A stretch of DNA of 64,000 nucleotides from Candidatus Bathyarchaeota archaeon (GCA_963780185.1 CAWABA010000007.1:128001-192000), one strand, 5' to 3'; numbered from the stretch's first letter, positions 47,648 through 59,284 are shown. Numbers and translations: made by a program. Notes: generated from the sequence alone by a model not told the origin.

Positions 47648-48058
47648 ATGAAGAAAAAAGTGTTCATTGCTGGTCCAATTCTTGGCATGGAGAGCAGCCA
47701 GGATTACAGGCTAAAAATCACGGATATTCTGCTCAAGGCGGGGTTTGAAGTGATCGACCCGTGGAATCGGGAGAAAGTCCTCTACAAGGGCGATGAACGG
47801 TGTTGGTGGGATAAAGTTCCAACGTTTGATTTTATTCAGCGGGATTTAGATGACGCTGACCGCTGCGACGTTATGGTTGTTTACATGCCGATTCTGTCGG
47901 CTGGAGCCTGCATGGAGATGTTCTACGCTAAACGTAAAGGAAAGAAAATCATCGTGCTCTCCGAAATCGCTTGCCTTAGCCCATGGATAATAGCGCACTC
48001 CGACAGGGTCGTGAAAGGTTTTGACCAGCTTGAAGATGCCTTAAAAGAAATCCTGTGA
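47648..48058 (+). CDS. Nucleoside 2-deoxyribosyltransferase family protein
   Basis: VFIAGP, DP, RDLDD..RCD, SAGACME..YA. Confidence 0.8.
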   Translation: MKKKVFIAGPILGMESSQDYRLKITDILLKAGFEVIDPWNREKVLYKGDERCWWDKVPTFDFIQRDLDDADRCDVMVVYMPILSAGACMEMFYAKRKGKKIIVLSEIACLSPWIIAHSDRVVKGFDQLEDALKEIL

Positions 48059-48171
48059 CCTCTCAAGGCTTTTCTTGGAATTCAATCGCGTTGTTGTAGC
48101 CTATCTGCAATCACATAGCGTTATTAGTTTTCACGGCGAGTTTCATGTAAAGCTCGCGGTGAGGTGATTTT

Positions 48172-48327
48172 TTGTCAGAAAATCGTTCACGTAGGGATTC
48201 AAGCATAACCGTGCCTGAGCCTGAGATGACAAGCGATAAAAAATACAAGTGCCCGCTGGACCAGCAAATCTACGACAACAAAGAAGACTACGAATCTCAC
48301 TGCAAAGAAGAGCACGATGTGCTTTAA
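48172..48327 (+). CDS. 51-aa C2H2-like zinc-finger microprotein (not in ORF track)
   Basis: GAGGTGA RBS, TTG start; YKCPLDQQIYDNKEDYESHCKEEH. Confidence 0.6.
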   Translation: MSENRSRRDSSITVPEPEMTSDKKYKCPLDQQIYDNKEDYESHCKEEHDVL

Positions 48328-48412
48328 AAGATAAAAAAAACGCCAGCTTCAGCTTCTATTTTTTTGGCGATAAATTTAGAAACGCGCTGACGCCTGACTC
48401 AGTTGCCTTTGT

Positions 48413-48601
48413 TTATCTGATGGCTTCGTCGATTTTTGAGTCACGTCTTGTCTTCGTGACTTCCATGAAAAGTTCTAAACATTCCTCTTTAGTCGGCGCC
48501 TCAATGCCTATGCTTCCATAGGCGCCTATGTCGATTCTGTATTTCTTCCTGTCGCCTCTATCTTCCCCTTGACTCATAATTTTCTTCTCCCCCTTCCCCA
48601 T
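48413..48601 (-). CDS. Small hypothetical protein
   Basis: 62-aa ORF downstream of the tfe operon, same strand. Confidence 0.5.
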   Translation of the reverse strand: MGKGEKKIMSQGEDRGDRKKYRIDIGAYGSIGIEAPTKEECLELFMEVTKTRRDSKIDEAIR

Positions 48602-48647
48602 TAACCTTAATCGGATAACAGATTATTTACGTAATAATGTAAACCGC

Positions 48648-49439
48648 TTATAAGGTTAATGGCATTTCACCGATAAGGCGAAAAACCGATTTAGGGTTAA
48701 AAACAACAAAAACGCCATGCCGCATGTACCTTCCCATTCTCGGAATCAACCCTGCCGCGTCAGTACCCAACTTGCAAGTTAATGCGTACTCAAACAAACC
48801 CAGCCGTTCAACGTCAATAACATCCCGGTTAAGCCTTGTTCGTTCAAGCACCGCCTCGATTTCTCCAGCCGAAGATCCCAAAACGATCAACCTGTCCAAA
48901 AAAGACTGCTGCCACATATGCATTTTCTCCAATTGAGCCGTTGACAATTCAGCCTGCAGAACCTCAGCTCCGTCTTCACCTGTTAAGTCAACCACCTTGA
49001 TGGTTAGAGGCAAATTCTCATGCAGCCCGTAAACTTCTGCAATTCTTTTCAAATCCACTTTCTTGCCGTCTGCAAGCTGCGCCTGCAAATGCGCTAAGGG
49101 GACGGTTGCCAACGTTATTTTTGGTTCAAAAACCCCCACATCAACAGTAAACTCGTTTTTAGCCTCGTCAAGTTTTGTTAGGTACCCTTTGAAGATGGAG
49201 CCTTTTTCGATTCTTTTTATGCTTATGGGGCAGGTGCCGATTTCTTTGTTGATGTAGTTTGTGGCGATGACTTCGTCTTCTCCTTCAAGGGAAACTTGAA
49301 CCCACTTGTTGACTGGAGTGCCTAAAACCTTGAAGTCCAAATCCAAATTTTCAAACTCAGCCTTCAGCAGGTCATCCACCTGTTTGAGCTGCCCCGAACC
49401 CCGGGCTTTCACAAGCAAAGTTAAAACGGTCATAGTCAA
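48648..49439 (-). CDS. DUF2110-like conserved archaeal protein
   Basis: In the tfe-HD operon; LGLFE..L.CKLGTDA.G motif. Confidence 0.7.
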   Translation of the reverse strand: MTMTVLTLLVKARGSGQLKQVDDLLKAEFENLDLDFKVLGTPVNKWVQVSLEGEDEVIATNYINKEIGTCPISIKRIEKGSIFKGYLTKLDEAKNEFTVDVGVFEPKITLATVPLAHLQAQLADGKKVDLKRIAEVYGLHENLPLTIKVVDLTGEDGAEVLQAELSTAQLEKMHMWQQSFLDRLIVLGSSAGEIEAVLERTRLNRDVIDVERLGLFEYALTCKLGTDAAGLIPRMGRYMRHGVFVVFNPKSVFRLIGEMPLTL

Positions 49440-49966
49440 TTACCCAACAACGATATTATTTCTTCATGAAGCTTTCTAACTCTTTCTGCCGCATCCTTAT
49501 GCCCCGCCGCCCGAAGACGCTCAATTTCGACTTCTATTGGAACCCGTCCGCGTTTAGAGTTGTCGACCAGTTTGTCAGCGTACGAAACAATTTTCTCCTC
49601 CAAATTAAGCGGCGAGTAGACGCCTTTTGGCCAGCCGAATCCAGCCGCTTCTTTTGCCGTGAATCCGCCGCCAACATGCGTCTTAACAATCTGGACAACT
49701 GTCAAGGGAAGACCTTCTGACTCTGCGATTTGCGCGCCCACCAAGCCGTGCTCAACGGAGTTTGTTTTTGAACGGCCGATATCATGCAAAAGAGCGCCCG
49801 CCTCAATCAGGTTCAGGTCCAGTTTCAAGCCGCGGCGTTTGAGTTGGTTCGCTATCTCCATTGATATGTCTGCAACCGATTGGCAGTGGCTGATGATTTG
49901 AGGTGAACAATTGTTTTTTCGTAGAAGTTCGATGGCTTGCTCCCTTGTGGGAAGCGACTTATTCAC
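49436..49966 (-). CDS. HD-domain phosphohydrolase (HDIG)
   Basis: SHC, ALLHDIGR, HG..GA, HVGGG, EEKIVSYADK. Confidence 0.85.
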   Translation of the reverse strand: MNKSLPTREQAIELLRKNNCSPQIISHCQSVADISMEIANQLKRRGLKLDLNLIEAGALLHDIGRSKTNSVEHGLVGAQIAESEGLPLTVVQIVKTHVGGGFTAKEAAGFGWPKGVYSPLNLEEKIVSYADKLVDNSKRGRVPIEVEIERLRAAGHKDAAERVRKLHEEIISLLGN

Positions 49967-50471
49967 CGAGTTCCTTCCTTAGTGTGTCAACTTTTTCGGA
50001 AAGTTTACTTATCATTTGTTCGTTTGCGAAATGTACAAGAGGTTTGCCGCAGCCTGAGCAGTGGAAAACCACTTCGACTGCTTCTTCAAAGGGAACCCTT
50101 TTGCATTCTGGGCTGCCGCAGTAGTAGAAGTCGTGGTTCTTTTCGTACTCTAACCTGACGTTGAGTTTTTCTAGTACACGTCTTTTTTGGCTTAAGATGA
50201 AGCCTTCAAGCTGGTCGGGTTGAAGTTTCCAGTGGAAGATGAACCAGCCTGTTTTGGGGTCGCGTGTTCTTCTTAGGCTTACCAGGCTGTGGTCGTAGAG
50301 TTTGTAGAGGATTTTGCGTACTGTGTTGAGGCGTATGCCTATTTTGTTTGCTATTTCGTCGTCGGTTATTTCGTCTACGCCTTTGAGGTACTCGATAAGT
50401 TTGACGGCGTCTTCTTCTCCTAGTGCCACAGCAACCTTCATCAAGGTTGCATCATCAATAGTCGATAACAT
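49959..50471 (-). CDS. tfe: Transcription factor E (TFIIE-alpha homolog)
   Basis: TDDEIA...VRKILYKL...RTRD..TGW wHTH; zinc ribbon C..C...F.CSGCG. Confidence 0.95.
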   Translation of the reverse strand: MLSTIDDATLMKVAVALGEEDAVKLIEYLKGVDEITDDEIANKIGIRLNTVRKILYKLYDHSLVSLRRTRDPKTGWFIFHWKLQPDQLEGFILSQKRRVLEKLNVRLEYEKNHDFYYCGSPECKRVPFEEAVEVVFHCSGCGKPLVHFANEQMISKLSEKVDTLRKELGE

Positions 50472-50591
50472 AACCTAATGTTCCCCACCTACAATACTGG
50501 AACATCCTATAATAAAACTGTTCTTGCACACTTAAACTTATTTAACATCGGTTTGCGCGGTTTTTTGGTTTTGTGTTTTTTCTATTTTTTT

Positions 50592-50722
50592 AAGTTGCGA
50601 CTTTTGTTTTGGTGAAAGTTGCGACTTTCCGCTTTCGGAGTTTGTGTTTTGGGTTGGTTTTTTGGTTTAGGCTTGGTTTCTGTTTGGACGTTGCGACTTT
50701 GGGATGGGCGGGATGCGACTTT
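50592..50722. repeat. GT-rich element with four TGCGACTTT units and a shared repeat module
   Basis: Units near 50596, 50620, 50692 and 50714; TTTTGGGTTG.TTTTTTGGTTTAGGCTT matches 9379-9406. Confidence 0.6.
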
Positions 50723-51100
50723 GTATGTTGACGCTATGTTGGAGTTATTGTCGGTTATGGGCACAACGGCTTTCTCGGCGGGGTATGGTGCAGAGTTTTA
50801 TTGGCTGTTCTGTGAAATTCAGTTGAAATGAGGTTCATGCGAAAAATCGTCGGATGCCCATTTTCATTCTATTTCCTAAAATTACATTATAGGAAACTTG
50901 GCAGATTATGAATATGCACCGTGCATTTTGCAAAAGGTCCATAGAGACTCATCTATGAAAGAGGTTCACCATACTTCTTTGCCGCAACCCCATGTTTGAC
51001 GCTTCGTCCCTTTGCCTGAAAGTGATATAGCATTTTTCCACAAATCTTAATAGTTGAGACCGATAAGTTGTTTGATTGCAGGGAAGGCAGAGGCATTGAA

Positions 51101-51190
51101 ATGAAGCGTTTTTTTGTTGTCTTCATAATCGCGCTTTTGTGCACATCCATGTTCGGGCTGTTTTTGCCAAAAGCAAAAGGCAACGCCTAG
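51101..51190 (+). pseudogene. Orphan signal-peptide-only ORF (29 aa)
   Basis: MKRFFVVFIIALLCTSMFGLFLPKAKGNA*. Confidence 0.4.
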
Positions 51191-51526
51191 CTCGGGGGTT
51201 AAGTGTTAGGTTACGTGGGAGGCAAACAACCCGTAAAAGCAATTGCAGTTAGATTCGCGGTGAAAAGGCTTTTGAAAATCACGCGTTTTTTTAACTGAAA
51301 CAATTTTTTTCTCCCGCTTTCCGACTTTCGATTGTTTTCTTGGTTGGAGGTCTAGCAAGTGGTGACTATGGAAAACATCGCTAACTTGTCCACACCTCTT
51401 AAATACGTAGACGGATGAATATTATGTCAATTTTGTCGGGAAAGGAGAGTACAAATTACGATTAAACATGGATTAAATAGGGATACAGGAGACTTCATAA
51501 AATCCATAAGGCTAAGAAGAAGCAGC

Positions 51527-54500
51527 ATAGCGACTCGCTTAACATTCAAAAAAACACTGAGCCTAACCTTCATAGTAGTAATGCTTCTCTCATGCGCAAC
51601 CGTTTTTCATGCAATGCCGTTGGCAAAAGCAGACACAGTCACCTACGTTAACCAATGGACTTCATGGACTCCACAGCAGGTCCAACTTAAGTTTCCATTC
51701 GGCATAGCCATTAGTCCATCTGGAAACGTCTACATTGCAGACTCAGACAACAGTCGAATACTAGAGCTTTCCAGCACTGGTGCCTACATAACTCAATGGA
51801 GCTATGTAAATCCCACCATCGGTTCAATGAATCACCCATCAGGTGTTGCTGTTGATGCTTCTGGAAACGTTTACGTGGTTGACGGAAACAACATAGAGAA
51901 GTTTACCAGCGGCGGCCAATTAATTACCAGTTGGGGCGGCTGGGGCTATGGAAACGGCAAATTTGTAGGAGCCAGCGGAATAGCAATTAACGGGGCTACG
52001 GGAAACGTCTATGTTGCTGACTGGGACAGAATCGAAGAATTCTCCAGCAGCGGCGCCTACATTACTCAATGGGGCAGCTATGGCTCCGGTTCTAATGCGG
52101 GTCATTATAGTTTCGGTTCACCTGAAGGACTGGCAGTTGACGGGTCTGGGAACGTTTACGTAGCAGATGCATTAAACGGCCGAATAATGGAATACACGAG
52201 TTCAGGAAGCTTTCTTAAACAATTTGGCACCACTTCAAGCATAGGCGTCTATACATTATACATGCCCTACGGAGTTGCAGTTGATAGCTACGGAAACGTT
52301 TACGTAGTTGACATGAGCGGCAACTTCGTTAAGGAATTCAGCAGTGGAGGCTACTATGTAACACAATGGGGACATTATGGTCCGCAGAACGGTAACTTCA
52401 CCGAACCCATAGGCATTGCAATAGACCAATATGGCAATGTTTACGTCTCATCCCCAGGTTATACCAGCACCTATCCATATGCATCCCAAGACCGAGTACA
52501 AGTATTTACCAGCAGCGGCGCCTATATCGCTACATGGGGCAGAACCGGCGTAGGCAACGACCACTTCATCAGCCCCAACAGCATCACCCTCGCAAACGGC
52601 AACGTCTATGTCGCAAACGAAGGCGCAGAAACTGTCGACGAATTTTCTTCAACAGGCACTCATTTGGCCCAGTTTGGAAATGGCAGCTACGGCAGCGCCA
52701 GCAACGAGCTGTCGAATCCTTTCGGCGCCGCAGTTGACTCCGAAGGAAACGTCTACATAAGCGACACCGACAACAACCGCATAGTCGTATACTCGGCAAC
52801 GGGCGGAACAAGCACGTGGGGCTCCTACGGAATAAGTTGGAGCTACTACGACAGCTCCTACAACCATAATCCGGGCAAGTTCAATGAGCCTATGGGCATC
52901 GCCATCGGCAAAAACGGCAACATATACGTCGCAGACTACCAAAACAGCCGCATACAAGAATTCTCTCCAGGGGGTACATTCATAACCCAGTGGGGCGGAT
53001 ACGGCAGCGGCAACACGCAATTTGAGTACCCAAGAGGCCTCGCCATCGACAGCAGCGGAAACGTTTACGTCGTAGACGAGATTGCCGCTCGCGTCCAAGA
53101 ATTCACCAGCGACGGAACCTACATTACCCAGTGGGGCAGTGTCGGAACAGGCCCAGGACAATTTGAACGACCATCAAACATTGCAGTAGACTCAAACGGG
53201 AACGTATTCGTAAGTGACATGGACAGCAACAGAATCACGGAATTCACCTCCAGCGGCGTATATGAGCTTCAATGGGGAAACGGCGGCTACGCACCGGGAC
53301 AAATCAGCGGTCCAATGGGCGTTGCCTCCGACGGCAATGGCAACGTTTACGTTACAGACAATGGCGCAGTAAACATTTTCTCCTTAACCAACCCCACAAT
53401 GCACACGGTAACAGGAACTGTCACCGACAGCTCCACTTCCCAACCAATAGCAGGTGCAAACGTCAATATCATCTCAACTGGCACTAACACAATCATGCAG
53501 TCAGTACAGACAGATGCGAACGGCAACTTCCAGACGCAAGTGTCCGACTTAGTTCTGCCAATCAGCATTTCAGTAACCGCCAACGGGTATCAATCGACTA
53601 CAGTAACCAATGTTGCTCCGGGTTCTGATGGCAGCATTCAATATACCGTCAGCCTACAACCCGCAGTTTGCACGGTTTCTGGCACGGTTACAGGCAGCGA
53701 CACTAACGCACCCATTGGCAACGCCGCTGTCGTAATAAACCAACAAATCGGCATTGTCGAACTGAAGGTCGTAAAAACAGATGCAAATGGCCAATACTCG
53801 ACAACAATTCCTCTACGTGACACGCCGTTAATTATTGACGCTTCAGCCGATGGATACGGACATAAAGTACAAAACGATTTAGCACCAGGATCAGACGGAA
53901 ATATTCATTGTGACTTCACCCTTGATCCAACGATGGAGATCAACTTCTCCGTGACCGACGCAGTAACAGGACGCACAATCCCTGCTTCAGAAGTTACTTT
54001 CACCGACAGCTACGGAACCACCTACATTCCAGAAGTTACTAGCGACAACTATTGGGGCTTAAGCACCTTAACTGCAGACCAATTTCCCATAACAATTCAG
54101 GATGCAACAGCCAGCGGATACCAAGACCTCCAAACCTCCTTTACCATCTACACGCCGCCCACACCAGGAACCGTTGAAACAATCAACATCGCTCTACAGC
54201 CAATTAACACACCTTCACCGGTTACACTTAATCTACAAGTTCAAGACTCCAATGGCAATGGCATCCCGAACGCCCAAGTTTACTATGGCAATCAACCAGA
54301 CTGGTGGCTACAAGGATCCAACACAGACTATTCAGGCACATCTACGATTCAGCTTTGGACCAGCGATTTCCCCTTGACAGTGCAGGTTTCGGCCTCTGGC
54401 TACGTTACCCAGACTGTCACCGTTGATAACTCAGCTGGAGACAACTACGTAAGCACCACTGTTCAACTGCAGCTTGTTCCGCCGCAGCAGTTCCAAATCA

Positions 54501-56540
54501 CAGGCATGGTAGGCGACGGCTCCACCATATACGATTTCGGAGTGAACCCAACGCCAGTGGCGGATGCAACGGTCACGTTGGATTTCGGCGGCACCCAGCC
54601 CACTCAGACTCTAACCACCGACGCCAACGGTCAATTCCAAACAACAGCCTACTACATTCCACAATACGCAAGCAACATGCCCATCTACGTCACCATCACT
54701 GCGCCAGGCTACGCCACCTACAGCCAAACCTACTGGACCTATGACGGTAACGACTTTGACTTTACGCAAAGCTACGGGGCTCTACTGATTTTCCCGCTTA
54801 GTTACACGTTCCCTATAACCTACCAAATTCAAGATTATACCACAGGGAACCCCATAGCAGGTGCCAGCATAGTTGTTACGCCCACCAACGGTTCACCACG
54901 CATGTACACATCCGACGTCAACGGCTACGTAACGATAACATTTACTGCCTCAGAACTGCCATCCGTAATGAGTGTGACGGCACAAGGGTACCAGCCACCA
55001 GGCATGTATTGGGGCTACAATGCAGTAAGTTACGCATACTGGCCTTTAGCCGACGCACACGGCACTATTTACTTGCAGCCACTCAATACCGCGCAGGTGC
55101 AAACAGCCACCGGCACAGGCACAGCCTCATTCACCCCAACCTTTGGGCAAGTAACTAGTTTGTCAGCACTTCTACCAAGCACATTGCCAACGACAGGTCT
55201 ACCGCAGGGATTAACGTTCCCCGACGGCTTATTCAGCTACACCCTAACTGGAAACACAGAATGGGATTTCAACTGGGGTCAAACCATCACGTTAAGCATA
55301 ACGTTGCCTTCACCAGTTCCGACTAACGCAGAGTACTGGATGTACAGTTCAACCCAAGGCTGGATAGAAGTGCCGATTCAAAGCATAAACGGAAATACAG
55401 TGACACTGCAACTTACTGACGGCGGCGCAGGCGATTCCAGCCCAATCGGCGACAGCCAAATCGTTAACCTCGGCGGCATCGCAGTATCCACACCTCAAAC
55501 ACCCACCATCTCTTTGAACCCAGCATCAGGACAAGCTGGAACCACAATCACACTCTCAGGAAGCAACTTTGCAGCCAACGCACAAGTCCATCTCTTCTTC
55601 AACGGCCAAGAAATCACAACCGTCACAGCTGCATCAGACGGCTCCATCACAAACGCCCAACTCCAAATTCCATCAGCAACAAGCAAAGGAGACTACACCG
55701 TTGAAGCCTCCGACGGCGCGCAATCTGCACAAGCAACCTTCACAGTGACTATTCCAGCATCAATTACAATGACGCCCACAAGCGGAACCATTGGAACAAC
55801 AATTATCATTTCAGGAAGCAACTTCCTCCCAAGCACAACCCTACACATCTCCTTCGCCGGAACCCAAGTTATAACTGTCCAATCCGCTTCAGACGGCTCA
55901 TTCACAGGCGCCCTATACATCGTCCCAGACAACACCGCAGCAGGCGACTACACACTGCAAGTCACCGACGGCACCAACACCGCCCAAAAAACCTTCTCGG
56001 TAATCGCCTACCCTTCATCGCAAACCACAACCACCGTTTCCGGCAACACAGCCACGGTTGACCAAACAGCTCAAACAGGAGTCGACGTAACAATCAGCGG
56101 ACCAAGCCTCAGCTCAGGCGAACAAGTCACAGTGACAACAGACAACTATGGGCAGACGCCGCCAGCCGGATTAACAGACCTGCCTAGGAGTCGGAGCAAC
56201 CTACTTTGACGTCCAAGTCCTCCCGCCAACCGGCACAACATTCGGACCAGACGTATACGTCACCGTCAGCCTCACAGACCCATCCTTCACAAGCAACATG
56301 GTCATAACATACTGGAACGGAGCCGCATGGATGTTCGCAACTAACACACACTTCGACGCAGCAACCCACACAATCACAGGAACCATCCCCGCAAGCGCCC
56401 TCTCAGGAACACCAGTAGGCGTCGGCAACGGACCAAGCTTCGCCCTACCAGAATACCCACTAGCAGCCCTCATCGCCACAACCACATGCTTCGCAGCACT
56501 CATAGTCTACAAAAGACAAAGCAACCGCCCAAAGAAGTAA
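51527..56540 (+). CDS. Large surface protein: NHL-repeat beta-propellers, carboxypeptidase-regulatory-like/Ig domains, IPT/TIG-like domains, LPEY anchor; +1 frameshift near 56183
   Basis: About 12 P.GIA.D..GNVYV.D repeats; V.GTVTD..T..PI..A...TDANG repeats; anchor LPEYPLAALIATTTCFAALIVYKR in the shifted frame; signal peptide begins upstream of ATG 51581. Confidence 0.85.
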
Positions 56541-56921
56541 AACAACCCGGAAAACCAACAAAACAAAAAACCTTTTTTCTTTTTTGTTTCTTTTCAAATG
56601 CGAACATGCATCACTTTCTCTCCAAATACTTTTGCTGCTCAGATTGTGATTTGCTAAAGACTCTTGGAACCAAGTAAGCCAACAACACATTCCTCGCGAC
56701 GGCTGGATTGGGCATGGTTGCTGGTTGAAATCAGGCATTGAGGTAGAAATGGGTCGTTTTTTTGGTTTGGGTCTCGAATCTTTTTGCGGGTTGCGGCTTT
56801 TGGGTGGATTGAAAATATGGGGTTAAAATTGTCGGTTTCTGTTGTGTCGCGGGCTGATTGGGTTTTAGGAAAGCTTTAGTACCGTGGTTCCTACTGCTTA
56901 TGGGTAAATGGTGAAGTTGGG

Positions 56922-58172
56922 TTGAAACTGGCTGTCTTTGTGTATGAGTACCCGCCTAAAATCGTGGGTGGATTAGGAACTTATGCGGCTGAGATAACAC
57001 GGAAATTTGTTTTGGATGATCATGACGTGACGGTTTTCACGATGAATGATGACGCGGGCTCCTTGCCTACGCGGGAGATTTGGCGCGGCATCGAGATTCA
57101 TCGTCCCCTCCACATTGACATTTCCGATTCGTTGCCTGACGTGATTGCTGAAGACATCAAGAAATGGGGCAGAGGTCTGCATTTCTTCGGCAAACTCATG
57201 GTGTACAATTATCTGTCAGCGGCTAAACTCATCAACGAACTCATCAAGAAAGAAAACATGAAGTACGACATTGTTGTGGCTCACGACTGGCTTTCAGCCA
57301 TGGGCGGAATCACAGTTAAAAGAGAAACAGGTTTGCCGTTTGCTTTCCATGTTCACTCCACCGAGAAAGGACGCACATTGGGGAACGGCTCCAACGTCGT
57401 CAGCAACATCGAGTTACGTGCAGGCAAAACCGCCGATATGGTTGTGACGGTTTCGTATGCTATGAAAGATGAGCTTATCCAGCTTGGTTTTCCACGCGAA
57501 AAAATCCAGGTAAGCTACAACGGTGTTGACCCGCAGAAATACAATCCTGTAAACGTTTCTCAGGAAGACATTAAACGGGTCAGAAGCAAATACGGCATCG
57601 CGGATGACCAGTTTATGATTCTTTTCTTAGGCAGACTCGTCGCCGTCAAAGGCGTCGACAAACTCATAATGGCTATGCCCCACATCCTAACCAAGATTCC
57701 GAACGCACGGCTGGTGGTTGTAGGCGTTGGCGACCTCCAAGAGTACATGATGAACCTGACAAGAACCATGCGGCTGGACCAATACGTCAAATTCTGCTTC
57801 GACTTCATCCCGGAGGAAGAACGAATCATCCACTACGCGGCATGCGACGTTGCAGTTTTCCCAAGCTTCTACGAACCCTTCGGCATCGTTGCGCTTGAAG
57901 CCATGAGCATGGAGAAAGCAGTTGTCGTCGGCGCCGCAGGCGTAAGCGGAATGCGCGAAATCGTCATCTGCTGCGGCGAAGAACAATGCGGATTCCACAT
58001 TGACCCAAACAACCCCTCAGACATTGCCTGGGGAGTAACCAGCGCATTGGAGAACCCTGAACGGCTCAAGATGCTTGGCAAAAACGGCAGAAAACGCGTC
58101 TTAGCCGAGTTCACCTGGACCAAAATCGCCGCAAAAACCATCGACCTCTACGAAACCATACAAAAACGTTGA
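56922..58172 (+). CDS. Glycosyltransferase family 4 (glycogen synthase-like)
   Basis: EYPP..VGGLG, HDW, H.HSTE, GRL...KG, YEPFGIVALEAM. Confidence 0.9.
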   Translation: MKLAVFVYEYPPKIVGGLGTYAAEITRKFVLDDHDVTVFTMNDDAGSLPTREIWRGIEIHRPLHIDISDSLPDVIAEDIKKWGRGLHFFGKLMVYNYLSAAKLINELIKKENMKYDIVVAHDWLSAMGGITVKRETGLPFAFHVHSTEKGRTLGNGSNVVSNIELRAGKTADMVVTVSYAMKDELIQLGFPREKIQVSYNGVDPQKYNPVNVSQEDIKRVRSKYGIADDQFMILFLGRLVAVKGVDKLIMAMPHILTKIPNARLVVVGVGDLQEYMMNLTRTMRLDQYVKFCFDFIPEEERIIHYAACDVAVFPSFYEPFGIVALEAMSMEKAVVVGAAGVSGMREIVICCGEEQCGFHIDPNNPSDIAWGVTSALENPERLKMLGKNGRKRVLAEFTWTKIAAKTIDLYETIQKR

Positions 58173-58191
58173 CAGCGCCTTGGCGGGTTAA

Positions 58192-58800
58192 TTGGCCACA
58201 GACTTAAAGTCTAAAGTTGCAAGGGAAGCAGCCACCCTACTTTATTTTGGCGCAGAAAAAGAATACAAACAAGCCAAAACACGCGCAGCTCAAACCTTGG
58301 GCACGCATTTTTTGCCGTCTAACTTAGACATTGCGCTTGAGCTTGACAAGATTGCCGAGGAAAGCGAGGGAGCAGACAGGAAGGAACGCCTGATAGAAAT
58401 GCGCACCGAAGCCTTGCACGTGATGAAGCTTCTTGACGCTTACTGTCCCCTTCTTATCGGCAGCGTTTGGCGAGGCAACATACGCAGAGGAAGCGACATA
58501 GACATCGCAGCCTACGCCGACGACCCGCAGGAAATCGTCAACATCCTCAAAGCGGGCGGGATAAAAGTTTTGAAGACCGCTTGGACAACCGTGAATAAGC
58601 ATGGACGCACCTTGGCGTCGCTTAATGTCCGCGCCCAAACTTCGGCGGGGCACGGGCTTGAAGTTGTGGTCCGCTCCAGCGAGGAGCAAGGGGAAAAAAG
58701 GAAATGTGAAATTTTCGGCGACGAAATAAAGGGTTTGAAAACCAAAAACCTTGAAAAACTGCTCAAAGACAACCCGACACAAAAATTTATTCCCGCTTGA
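58192..58800 (+). CDS. Nucleotidyltransferase-domain protein
   Basis: EYKQAK..AA; LIGSVWRG....SDIDI. Confidence 0.75.
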   Translation: MATDLKSKVAREAATLLYFGAEKEYKQAKTRAAQTLGTHFLPSNLDIALELDKIAEESEGADRKERLIEMRTEALHVMKLLDAYCPLLIGSVWRGNIRRGSDIDIAAYADDPQEIVNILKAGGIKVLKTAWTTVNKHGRTLASLNVRAQTSAGHGLEVVVRSSEEQGEKRKCEIFGDEIKGLKTKNLEKLLKDNPTQKFIPA

Positions 58801-58885
58801 ATCGGGGAAAATTCTGATTTTGCCTCAATAAAGAAAATAAAGAACTAATTTGCATAGTATATTTCAAACCTTAAACTGATGCCAA

Positions 58886-59284
58886 ATGGCCATAGACAAA
58901 GAATCTCTAAAAAAGATGTTTCCAAACCTCAGCAAGGAACTGGAAGGCGGAGACGCCAAAATCCAAATAGATGCCCTCCGCAAAAACCCTGAGGAAGCCG
59001 AAGCAGACCTAGCTGAGTGTGCAGAGCAAGAAATTGAACCCGAAGCCCCCACCACTGAAACACCCGACAAACTCCGCCATTTCTACCCGTCTGCTGAAGA
59101 TTTTATTCGCCGATGCGACACCGACGCGCAGGCAGAGGAAATAATTGCTTACCTAAAGAAGAGGGAGGAAATAACAAAAGAGCAGGCGCAAGAGTTGCGG
59201 TCTCAGCTTAAGCGTAAGGGTTTGCGAAGTTTTGGTCCTAAAAAAGAGGAAAACCATTACTTTAGGGAAGCTGGAATTTTATAA
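58886..59284 (+). CDS. DUF2095-like conserved archaeal protein
   Basis: KKMFPNL..EL; P...DFIRRC; GLRSFG.KK...Y. Confidence 0.75.
   Translation: MAIDKESLKKMFPNLSKELEGGDAKIQIDALRKNPEEAEADLAECAEQEIEPEAPTTETPDKLRHFYPSAEDFIRRCDTDAQAEEIIAYLKKREEITKEQAQELRSQLKRKGLRSFGPKKEENHYFREAGIL

Noticed and set aside
51650-53380. Nucleotide-level repeats (GGAAACGTTTACGT etc.) as a DNA repeat array
   Set aside because: Explained by NHL protein repeats in the coding frame.
58192-58800. Nucleotidyltransferase as another TA antitoxin
   Set aside because: Longer, different architecture, embedded in a housekeeping run with no HEPN partner.
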